NCBI GenBank assembly: GCA_946406305.1
Contig: CAMJKC010000001.1
Coordinates: forward strand, 1-25,590
Reading direction: 5' to 3'
Source: an uncultured Lachnospiraceae bacterium
GTDB taxonomy: Bacteria; Bacillota; Clostridia; Lachnospirales; Lachnospiraceae
Length of the DNA stretch: 25,590 nucleotides
A program made the translations under genes and the position numbers. The first letter of the stretch is position 1; each line of letters starts with the position of its first letter. Below are positions 21,201 through 23,831 of this stretch, piece by piece. The notes beneath the pieces are model-generated. The model worked only from the letters and a program-made list of their open reading frames with translations, was not told the origin of the DNA and did no database searches.

Positions 21201-22060
21201 CTGTTACAAATAAATGGCAAGCAAGGTCAAATAAATATGGACTCCTTACAAATTGGAATTATATAAGATATAATAATCAAGCAAATTGGTATTATTTTGA
21301 GCCACAGACAGGAGACATGGTAACAGGTTGGATTTCATTAAATAATAAAAACTATTTCCTTGAACCAAACAACGAATCTGGATATATGGTAAAAGGATAT
21401 AGACAAATAAATGGAAATACATATTTATTTGCCGAAGATGGAAACTTGTTGCAAGCAAATAGTCCAAATATGATTGCGGCAAATACAACATACCTCTCTA
21501 ATGCTGGAGGACAAGCAAATAGTAACTGGGAATATGACCCTAATACAAATAGTTGGAAGTACTTTGATGTATCTTCAACAGGTGCGAGAACATATTACAC
21601 AAGCGGATGGTTTAGTTTAACAACAAATGGAAAATCAAATTGGTATTTATTTGATGCGCTTGGCAATATGCAAACTGGATGGATAGAAAATAATGGCAGG
21701 TATTATTATTTAAGCGAAAAAAATGATGGAAACAAAGGTGCAATGCTTACAGGTTGGCAAGTAATAAATGGACAAAATGTATATTTTGGAGAAGATGGGT
21801 TGCTTGTTCAAGGGAGTCCACAAGGTGTAATAAAAGTGCAAAAAGTTTTAACTAACAAAGATTTAGCAAGTAAAGTTGGAGCGAATATAACGGCACTATC
21901 AAATACAGTTATATGGAATAACGACCAAGCATTAAATCAATTATTAGGAAGAATGGTTTATAATGGGACAGCATTTAGTGCAAGTTTTTCAATTAACTAT
22001 AACAGCCAACTTATGAATGAATTAAAAACTATAATATATAGGATTAAACATTATAAATAG
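158..22060 (+). CDS. Giant (7300 aa) secreted, cell-wall-associated surface protein / putative adhesin with tandem beta-helix modules, InlB-B-like repeats and C-terminal choline-binding-like repeats
   Basis: Uninterrupted ORF with promoter, SD and N-terminal signal peptide. Contains GGAI/FxxN rung motifs, 8 copies of an (C/N/Y)LN(G/H) head, 11 Flg_new-like units ending LYAxW, and WYxF..GxMxTGW repeats at the C-terminus. The adhesin function is inferred. Confidence 0.9.
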   Translation: MYLKNQKIISIILIIACMFANSGFSVLANSFNVQVENELKEKSELKNYYEEYMSEYTSLLSAKGVNDVDEDIVMDEIIDDDTVKYNRSEESEENEISEESVKDEESIEDEESNLDNQKEEPEEEQDKTEKESTEEEKEEETEESKEETEEKREETKKLEEETTSETKEEAQNEKDIVATESESEVFEVEESEVATESEIKEEVNVATESETEDDKIDDIESTKSETDEIKINEDNTYGADIRNISTLSDVLVATYSIVDWEIVEVLLPDITQSKAFAKETDFEIMENRLAKTARVVIRNKEGREEIVRVKIKWKVKNRIDVNAQDRVDKTIDESYLLEEVRKRIGADDEEVSTVEILATTNEANVVKKIYDEISELVADTDIIIVEDKEAEVLYGKLIDMGYDSNKIINYNELNKSKEDEVYEEEIFESIESEKVESTASNIDENIENDKIVDEIEEVTFGKENNEGKLDFEVDEEIKEEFNETYETKEEESKKEDVAEEINVFDEDGNLIEDGQATGEKGEDIGAENTGTEVEVNRVYDYEDAAPGSLNLTKHDQLANYEISNIREFELDMDYLTENLLYVLENNIIYTEDGEEKSKEEKEEKYEEEKEENNGIVGFIKNLFSNNEVDYETEDMIDEEEYVYGYGNEIEEVKDPIVEENNASRLYSSEKLNIPKLQVASYVPAAITDHERTGHRACGESKDKECTHKDAMYIHQALQYSKYTPNDDIFKKNTMFSDTRTMPTYNVVKVNSIYLTGDTTVDAVWSLSFTKPYTSEESNVNVEVGYIENNQAGLGKSLNICLNGYNLNFGFNSTIQGVGRINICNCSATKESIITAENEGEISIREDGKVVSKYVYGRQNPCIRTTGMGVFGDIKVKDIINDALTGTGNSGPYIAECSAFYGWFKPTEIEKGEGEGEGGNVGFYIYDSKKKEIPLYYRIEIDGVDFENLSSRTGSGGAINAGNLSSVVIMNTTFTVCTASNAGGAICVNAQNCNFANVTFDRCSSRVAGGAIYAEYYGVYGAPYKYTYGSSHTEKQVTPVFDSTGKDINSFFCMEFKDNSAIGQPGEAGEERVGGRGGAIALLYVNSLTRFEQIEAVNNYANLSGGFMLWQDSSTSSDNKLTTMKTIMCDGNSSCYSGGTMAIVSQGEGDGHINILITGSKDEETGTIMNSTFNNTLVKGNMPAEIEYARNEDGTIKEKETVAGIKVPVYEKEYYEVMGQNYYMGSFGGAFYIEGCKMQVGENGVEGGKVEFINCYANDGGAIYVQQPRSAYFYNKIGDSVYKHYEYDWEVIEQNKYHSKEDQSVILDIPKYTSSGATASEAKYYYNSKLSEVVVTNAKFENCKTQDGDDKTIKNRLPISSDAPEVMGNYDEGDETKTVKYFTMRQYHTNTGGGCIYVGYKANVSVENDVSISKCVDPIYLCNGNIQLKNISTGSFAADNTGSYLFGYPSIADIENVITLDNVVITGCTLNKNSFSLTNAPDDNEKHVYTKLILKNKVVLEDNYKNVTDAEGTTTFVDMDLFLNLRTIECILDKSLDIDTHVGIYPDFKKDQLLFDYWDREHLKYYDGLVVSEIFYLNNATKEDSDFYNYRLYRDNEKIYIGQEWDEIHFDMDYPEKDHAGNMSLEVPSHFIYNKATGSIVSKPRKVFEKNLVNNEVIVRELNKEGDFIKGYSYVGWFGRDEQTKYKEEPFVGWEFEENKFRGSLYTGPDGSANDEYARRLFAVFTDNTLALKTCGTKLDEECDHADKNMKHYTHRGGATDSEAKLKNFVAVATFAQLYYTYEGNNSQYMLKNDVYMTDSDIPLKGNRVIYLNGYNIYMETDKPLFDFTDDRDMAYKEALTEDLSGSYDENFAGAIIGGTADKKGGIIWRNNNRQQEFINTDGKKIILKNVYLEGYKTTTDNKNISFINDNTEKDVKGNGGIFIEDSVIRDIKTYRGSLIEAHNLYMKGVTIEECVSSNVELTGETEVDYDLVSVKGWENAQTSQDIYIRESTFDNIVNAKNLFTANLNADAANKSTVVFDSISVTTCSPKEHLLNIINDNKNTTVVFKGENYIEENTLKSSYEVINFAGTKKDENHLHMNVEEGTTYIRYNHIEDGTTVVNNVRAALNMRNGNIRIGGHLEITDNYFDNYRTSTTIDDGHVNAGVYVGGEQSQIIMASGSFVVKDNKGFRNGAPVSSVDSKVYQIYVNASSNIRREKVLFPQEEGTKMCASKTQAYIHTKYADNNDYLIYDGWYETNVSDHNTTVDSLANNTFIIDEVKSSGDSRKVVKLYNLSETKIYISADFLTIHFMLYNSNRTSQEEIGLQYIKNGIANEPIETQLENPTKGERVFWEGPSKQFLTNNRNIVFHKDMEGATLTLLSAETKDFNMYGYQSDEHRHELAYGIDDTECDYWVDASKPEHFEVNDGNIFLRNDITIDKEMLATPVDKYSICLNGHTLKIANVEWFKETVNNNYDIYITDCKKTGAIQLVNGSGNVTKTPITIDENSLNISDVRIIDSNISVPVISVNQNGILRTRGVTFENVKLLSTDNEDRAGIFDINSSNKDYSINNMYLVGGATKSTSDHEFSIVNCTMGKNKSAIHIKNAKIATINEAYVYNNSAETSIFDIENCGEVYISKGLYQGNNITGNTNNVTGIFDITGATYTSLQDGAEFDSNVGGGNGAVINTTSRLVHIGRKLGVSELYDTKFTNNSVPSGKNGSVIYAGAYATVEINNALINNNFNAIYAAENSVLTLNNTVLTGNRGAYVVDYERGGGNVINFINTNITGNTFTEDVVVRTRTNVVKTILNLSGVVKYTENKKIINGRTEEFDLYLPDDDTVKVVVPEGHTLSENSRIGLLPIKADMKVFESWNKNRIDQFGEGARFEKMFYYDAAPSIMDYDALDYKLFRDGEEWISGPSYDEISYYTKNKYLDINKLDSTYIYKYTTGTLIDKPEITTNSYTSYNTSFVGFIGRSKNTTTGGDFKNWDFNTDLMVGSGVRNEYQYDRVLYAIFTDDNIKLKACGHTENEACSHDNEVSYVVRGGSESGSEEAKYKNYVSVSTTAQLFYKYNDEISTQYILENDLTVPDGLESITCQVLNLNGHNINVLNSKNAAFAIGNGKNNSGVSETEKTGFIVSGYGKVGTITGQSNIMYKKGLFTDTYNEGERDSIFMSNINIANFDTNKNPQDVNSMMLFEKNTVLENVDVSYMKTSTTLFKANDIKLKNVSFLNNEVQNGSIIEFVNGYKSSNTGISLNGDILIENNTVTITENIPEIKLVSKETAINVSLLSDSNFSLSNNKIINQYNFREGTEVRASMFYMKKGATSTIEFLSDVDFLDNSFEGFGDIANTYTSNMRIDSFARIDIGEIYLDIATPSAVGVSRNYGIEVDNYNTAYSLLSQKANTQLIASCSHISVGYINLPTTAEQLLYEGWYYQKVKGYNEGNFTANTVFTTVESPTNYIYKSGTQGNANVYIGAYSKIATLQIIERDDILGDVLYSTQYIKGGVETSIERVKNFDVINTLTRWSGPSRDGQETILYTNDIIKKGTEILIVTVPLGETRAIMGEVVGNHVHSPVIGIEGYDPVAYDSLRTRSDFGKNYAHYYLQTDVVIGASVDWMIPGDVHSLCLNGHTLTFRAGTNYLTATNKNIFITDCKGDGKIVFSGGSSTSNSPAFLLTGGNINISNVTFSGISKKFIEANDVDRINIVNVKITESGNTINQPAIINAKGVNVASISNIDIATNSNAVIGLESVNQLLMSDIKMRGNALTGTEALFVMDKIATGSITGGIYKGNSSSTSPIFYHIKNNSKINISNIEDFSENEGGGIYVVNSTVEMNNIKPKSNAIETGINGSIVTVGEQGDVKIKNSIINENKNPVYVRKNATLRMEKLEMNYNTGSYAFGYSIGEGNKIYIEDSDISFNEFRENLNLTLPVSNVEKTIIYVSGTVTMNMSERFTTAGNGTIDLYLPSDEHVIMRTPDGKKLNAASSIGILPIKADTKIYDTWDKDHVEEGANFENIFYYDSFRSMIDYANLKYRLFKDNSNIMSGPSYEEVKFYVEKTEANINVSISPIYIYKKSTGTLIDEPIVNAEEYTSRGYTFAGFVGRNETGEITTWDFSKNKMVGSEVRNNLPYDRTLYMVVTDDNVKLKACGLREDEACNHDSNTTHMVRGGNQSGSERAKYLNYVMVSTVAQLFYEYQADSEKYSTQYILKNDITISNGLSSITAQVINLNHNTIYVENETNTPFMPGSGSNNKLINDGVESYGFIVDSNDYSLPRGKIVGRSNLGYKKGIIGDDLSKGDREGIFIGNIDILSFDNQNLSQDVNGMINTIRDTYLENVKIGDIYSKCSILNTNTIYMKDVEIVGCITHNSHLINVVNNYSSKRIFAISNIVNIDENNVYSSGTTQNSLININANVDFRLLADSNIEITKNKIHARQRASSRDTENSAQLINLLQNANSDDQILGKISVIENGFYGFERFTTNHIRSIYIDNLSPITLGDVYINISDPVVDGLSIETASIGIGNYSMSRAIFKQKENTQLLANESVIDFDCYNLPSGTSQFVYGGWYHTNVKDYNAGLFTVEDVFKVVNNEEAVIYKSNRDNNSNVYIGRKANLGRIEFVEQDGEEGSNNVLKVQYVAPGIHTSFERIKEFNYGDDYDWTGPDTEGVETIIYEEDKIATNTNALYTKVNRGDVKYVKGDLNSLHVHELVVGSEEFNKEASFRGIKKAESINGSYEYVYLKKDIVVNDTGSLWGIANGRLGICLNGHKLIFSGGVNYLDDMNASIFITDCKGTGEISNVGSSTNIIPAMLVANGGVHISNINITNMTNPLIMGADIDKFSMINSKFINNNVSKINPIIDIDGVLSDATVKNIEISNNSSSIMRLDYVKDMVVSDINIHDNNLKEDAPIFIISEAKGSIKNIKFENNKKEIADSVNAAMLLIQGEASDIVIDGDNYINGNTLAGRGTIITINTGGKVEVKNVKASSNKGSGYMIKNLKDNISLSLNNIEFRDSEGQELYGIYSNDINSEGRASISEITFENNKMATMIHFTGSDKNVNNLTISGIKMLTNTIYDEYGLIMLNGGREVNINDIEIRNNKLFNASLIDILETSDIDMSNIKIENNTLTSNKAVPLVLNLTNSNNMVIDGIDVLGNNSIGGSDEGIISILGNSTEVSLKGNVNIEKNSFVNYGALYISGAALTANKNSSIILRDNIATGSYANAVYAVNAQMTLLGDKFEVAKNSGGELGAVYVKDTNFYAANKIYIKENKDRNNISSNLYLAGNSYIKKYETEKISMDSYIGITKEESKNNTMVFNGWGRENVEGYNKGDYYFPQALFYVDEKIEDRGWKIYRYGPEGFIYIGSNFVELKFLRYDMTEIDTEYIAKNVRTGTDKMTIDNSDSSAMWQGPIATDENRRDYWDMDKDSDEENEVLLSKSNYVRSLIHVHKDCGLFEGNSCNHLNGAVHSESSKYTSVYSVNDFDIANYDHFALFRDIDITSNTFGNSSKNLNICLNGHTMRFARGMNWLNLSSGQTMNICDCTKSGKIETSTTDLGGNSSLINVTNGRLNLYGITIKDFVTSGENGNIINVNERNAHLYAEDIVVENVRTIGGNVIMSANGNVNIKGAKFANCNTTSTNLLYGNINIYNSTFDNNTGFYAMVNGLGRIDGCKFTNNVTQDSDAAAVYSMGFEFTGHNEFEKNVVNGNSGRGGALFIDGGNTGKTVSLASMSFIENSAKDGGAIYVIGGVTLNLQEDIYMADNTNTIYNNSSKVNFVHVDDLYTEKTRAVKILGANGEYVLSSDVSTTTYYSLLSGRIVNTNADFTYIASANSNFSGYMFMTYGSNLFIDGETEGSGIFVTDDVHELFYSDSTHKINKNTRLRYYANKRDVKILDQLNVITNYGDDFKLKDIVTIDNKNREGAETPYSIYEYGGHAYMGFPRRNLTVKANGGYFVNPDTGAHYTEYTMEVEKYTPINDIIIPTRGKYAFVEYNTRLGKNVEGAMTVTSGMDYWSDEDETIYALWETEKYTVRFNKNNSRAVGTMSEIRVGIEEVFDMPKLGFNFPGVKLAYWQQDIKDSAGRVIGIATYSEFEKNIVGIGQVDEIVVLNAIWDIRVLDITYDKNTPLSPLGDGENVVTGDMPTQQVIIYEKKKFDASEYNLQGYIFRGWDTKKVGPEEAEDNDYIVPYGNNVDIPFEEVYGKSDNGKITLYAVWTRRIYNGYIHVNDARENMGSTYANFSEIGEGDTVITVPLKYDTVLKDLPIGERKGYKFGYYTRNRNVPVESKESYEDVINNTTVSRFTAPVNLYALWINEKYELKLNIRDGYWEDGSESKTFNVYFDELPFENENSVKPKNDNYKFDYWNKRDVDYKELIVSQEVYDKEKESNMLSGDVGYTYDGDMNLYAVYFPTRTNVVFDVNDSEATFEIDGVKSKLATYSIALNERMSESLEKFPTPTKSGHRISYWSLNKEDNGQDIIDENTIWKYISEYTKVYAHYVTGSYNIKYSPGKAGSEVEGVMEGENGIKFDEPHKISKTKYKWDKHTQVGWYINNPQLDENGNPYAIEIVGKQEKVTTLFGLDATVKNLTNVNDATVELVAAWDTFERVYYINFHQSTPSTPAAGAENIVKGEMKTQRASLIKSEVINENKFELEGYKFEHWVTASGRIIKDKEVIRPLVEEENETIDLYAVWSKKQYVWNYAFPRKTQEISTTSYIATYDTVITIPDVTFTNPVYEIWGWSLVEDNTDYATYEEAYPHIINEDNVKNIVCRGEGTLYPIMHKKFLEIIYVTDTGVELELEDMPGYIVPGLDVLIPVPERKDAEFDGWGESEYIPKVSSESQTSRYKGSFTIPAKSQEEIRNMDDITFVTYWLAGKYKIILNNNGRGKTPEGNTTYTIDARVDENVTLPRVFTRNVSSSYYLSSYNTESNGQGKSYSAGTVYTNIAKENETITLYAIWARASSGGGNTGGSSGGSNSANFTRPSTNTNNTINLPNNITIVGNLINSTGGSMPNIIQIGMGVGNVVEVVGAVRQTQPSVDVTLDPVSDVQWTRNPVTNKWQARSNKYGLLTNWNYIRYNNQANWYYFEPQTGDMVTGWISLNNKNYFLEPNNESGYMVKGYRQINGNTYLFAEDGNLLQANSPNMIAANTTYLSNAGGQANSNWEYDPNTNSWKYFDVSSTGARTYYTSGWFSLTTNGKSNWYLFDALGNMQTGWIENNGRYYYLSEKNDGNKGAMLTGWQVINGQNVYFGEDGLLVQGSPQGVIKVQKVLTNKDLASKVGANITALSNTVIWNNDQALNQLLGRMVYNGTAFSASFSINYNSQLMNELKTIIYRIKHYK
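245..2137 (+). repeat. Glu/Asp-rich low-complexity N-terminal region (about aa 30-660)
   Basis: Runs such as EEEKEEETEESKEETEEKREE and EEKSKEEKEEKYEEEKEE; three VATESE copies at 686-703, 734-751 and 770-787. Confidence 0.85.
3020..4345 (+). repeat. Pmp-like GGA(I/F) / FxxN beta-helix rungs in module 1
   Basis: GSGGAINA, NAGGAICV, VAGGAIYA, RGGAIAL, FGGAFYI, DGGAIYV, GGGCIYV and FKDNSA resemble the chlamydial Pmp repeat (PF02415-like); similar GGALF/GGAIY/FIENSA motifs occur in module 8. Confidence 0.7.
7283..14182 (+). repeat. Two diverged tandem copies of an A+B super-repeat (1170 aa and 1130 aa)
   Basis: Copy 7283-10792 aligns co-linearly with copy 10793-14182, e.g. DLYLP..IGLLPIKAD..FYYD..SGPSYDE vs DLYLP..IGILPIKAD..FYYD..SGPSYEE, and KLKACG..EACxH..VRGG..VSTxAQLFY in both; a more diverged copy spans about 2222-7282. 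Confidence 0.85.
17876..20923 (+). repeat. 11 tandem InlB B-repeat / Listeria-Bacteroides (Flg_new, PF09479-like) domains (aa 5907-6922)
   Basis: Units of about 85-105 aa with Y/FxV/IxF/Y start, central GYxFxGW-like motif and terminal TIYALW, VLNAIW, TLYAVW, NLYALW, NLYAVY, KVYAHY, LVAAW, DLYAVW, TLYPIM, FVTYW, TLYAIW. Confidence 0.8.
20924..20971 (+). other. Gly/Ser flexible linker
   Basis: SSGGGNTGGSSGGSNS immediately after the last B-repeat. Confidence 0.75.
21188..21811 (+). repeat. Two homologous blocks of cell-wall/choline-binding-like repeats (PF01473/PF19127-like), aa 7011-7099 and 7124-7218
   Basis: NWYYFEPQTGDMVTGWISLNNKNYFL..GYMVKGYRQINGNTYLFAEDG and NWYLFDALGNMQTGWIENNGRYYYL..GAMLTGWQVINGQNVYFGEDG. 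Confidence 0.85.
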
Positions 22061-22067
22061 TTTTTTT

Positions 22068-22099
22068 AAAATCTCAAATGAAAAATTTGAGATTTTTTT
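22068..22099 (+). terminator. Probable intrinsic terminator of giant gene
   Basis: AAAATCTCAAAT-GAAAA-ATTTGAGATTTT perfect 12-bp stem running into a T7 tract, 7 nt after the stop; the stem is AT-rich and therefore weak. Confidence 0.65.
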
Positions 22100-22137
22100 A
22101 TGAGTGTATAGAAAAAACACTTAAAAATTTGCATAAC

Positions 22138-22166
22138 TTGACAAAAAAAAGAAGAAGAGTTATAAT
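22138..22166 (+). promoter_or_regulatory. Consensus sigmaA promoter of iscS-iscU-recJ
   Basis: TTGACA (22138-22143), 17 bp, TATAAT (22161-22166): perfect consensus; SD GGAG at 22185-22188. Confidence 0.88.
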
Positions 22167-22195
22167 AGTTAGACTTACTTAACTGGAGAAAAATT

Positions 22196-23383
22196 ATGGA
22201 TAATAAAAAACTTATATATATGGATAATGCAGCAACTACTTCGGTAAAAGAAGAAGTTGTGAAAGAAATGATAAAGTATTTGAGTGAAAAATATGCTAAC
22301 CCAAGCAGTATTTACAGCATATCTCAAGAAGTAAAAGAAGATATAGAAAGTGCGAGAGAAAGAATTGCAAAAACTTTAAATGCAGATAGAAAGGAAATCT
22401 ATTTTACTTCTTGTGGGACGGAGAGTGACAACTGGGCGATAAAAGGAACAGCAAGTTTTTTAAAAGATAAAGGAAAGCATATAATCACATCAGCCATAGA
22501 GCACCATGCAGTCTTACATTCTATGAAGGCACTTGAAAGAGAAGGTTATGAGGTAACATATATAGGTGTAGATGAAAATGGTTTTATAAAAATTGATGAG
22601 TTAAAAAAAGCCATAAGAAAAGATACTATACTAATATCTATAATGGCAGCAAATAATGAAATAGGGACTATAGAACCTATAAAAGAGATAGCAAAAATAG
22701 CACACGAAAATAATATTTATTTTCACACAGATGCAGTTCAAGCTTATGGGCACATACCTCTTGATGTAAAAGATATGGATATTGATATGTTATCTGTTTC
22801 TGCACATAAATTTCACGGACCAAAAGGTGTTGGTTTTTTATATATAAAGAAAGGTGTAAAAATAAACAATCTTTTAGATGGCGGTGGGCAAGAAAGGGGA
22901 AAACGACCAGGCACAGAAAATGTAGCGAGCATTATGGGGATGGCAAAAGCTGCAGAAATAGCTACTGAAAATATGAGTGAAAATAATGAGAAGATGACAA
23001 AAGTAAGAGACCATTTGATAGATAGAATTTTAAAAGAAATACCATATACGAGATTAAATGGAGACAAAGTAAAAAGACTTTCTAACAATGTAAATATAAG
23101 CATTGAATATATAGAAGGGGAGTCTATGCTTCTTGGGCTTGATTTTAAGGGGATTTGTGCATCAAGTGGTTCAGCTTGCACAAGTGGTTCTTTAGACCCA
23201 TCACATGTTCTTCTTGCAATAGGTTTAAAACATGAGGTTGCACATGGCTCATTAAGATTAAGTTTGAGTGAAGAAAATACCATAGAAGAAGCTGATTATG
23301 TAGTAGATAATTTAGTAGAAATAGTAAACGAGTTAAGAAATATGTCTCCACTTTGGGAAGACTTTATTAAACAAAACAAGTAG
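22196..23383 (+). CDS. iscS: Cysteine desulfurase, group I (IscS/NifS)
   Basis: YMDNAATT, FTSCGTESDN, IEHHAV, HTDAVQ, PLP lysine SAHK205FHGPKG and catalytic SSGSAC328TS; C-terminal SPLW typical of IscS. Confidence 0.97.
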   Translation: MDNKKLIYMDNAATTSVKEEVVKEMIKYLSEKYANPSSIYSISQEVKEDIESARERIAKTLNADRKEIYFTSCGTESDNWAIKGTASFLKDKGKHIITSAIEHHAVLHSMKALEREGYEVTYIGVDENGFIKIDELKKAIRKDTILISIMAANNEIGTIEPIKEIAKIAHENNIYFHTDAVQAYGHIPLDVKDMDIDMLSVSAHKFHGPKGVGFLYIKKGVKINNLLDGGGQERGKRPGTENVASIMGMAKAAEIATENMSENNEKMTKVRDHLIDRILKEIPYTRLNGDKVKRLSNNVNISIEYIEGESMLLGLDFKGICASSGSACTSGSLDPSHVLLAIGLKHEVAHGSLRLSLSEENTIEEADYVVDNLVEIVNELRNMSPLWEDFIKQNK

Positions 23384-23393
23384 AGGAGGATAT

Positions 23394-23831
23394 ATGTATT
23401 CAGAAAAAGTAATGGACCATTTTAAGAACCCAAGAAATATGGGTGAAATAGAAAATGCATCAGGTGTAGGAACTGTAGGTAATGCAAAATGTGGCGATAT
23501 AATGAGAATGTATCTTGATATAGATGAAAATGGTATTATAAGAGATTGCAAATTTAAAACTTTTGGATGTGGTGCAGCAGTTGCTACAAGCTCAATGGCT
23601 ACAGAGTTAGTAAAAGGAAAAACTATAAAAGAAGCATTAGAGGTTACTAACAAGGCAGTTATGGAGGCACTTGATGGGCTACCACCAGTTAAAGTTCATT
23701 GTTCTTTACTTGCGGAGCAAGCAATACATGCAGCCCTTTGGGATTATTGTGAGAAGCACAATATAAAAATTGACGGTTTAGAAAAACCTGTAAACGACAT
23801 AGAAGAATTAGAGGAAGATGAAGACGAATAA
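23394..23831 (+). CDS. iscU: Fe-S cluster scaffold protein IscU / NifU N-terminal type
   Basis: YSEKVMDHFKNPRNMG, C33GD, KTFGC59GAAVA, LPPVKVHC103S; SD AGGAGG at 23384-23389; adjacent to iscS. Confidence 0.96.
   Translation: MYSEKVMDHFKNPRNMGEIENASGVGTVGNAKCGDIMRMYLDIDENGIIRDCKFKTFGCGAAVATSSMATELVKGKTIKEALEVTNKAVMEALDGLPPVKVHCSLLAEQAIHAALWDYCEKHNIKIDGLEKPVNDIEELEEDEDE

Noticed and set aside
335-21491. Many short minus-strand ORFs (60-122 aa) and one 71-aa plus-strand ORF (2190-2405) within the giant gene
   Set aside because: Shadow ORFs. They are F/L/S/I-rich mirror images of the A-rich sense strand, with no recognisable motifs.
22143-22150. A8 tract in the iscS promoter spacer (also A7/A8 runs at 142-149, 5804-5810 and 24573-24580) as phase-variation sites
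   Set aside because: Runs of 7-8 A are common at this AT content and are short for efficient slippage
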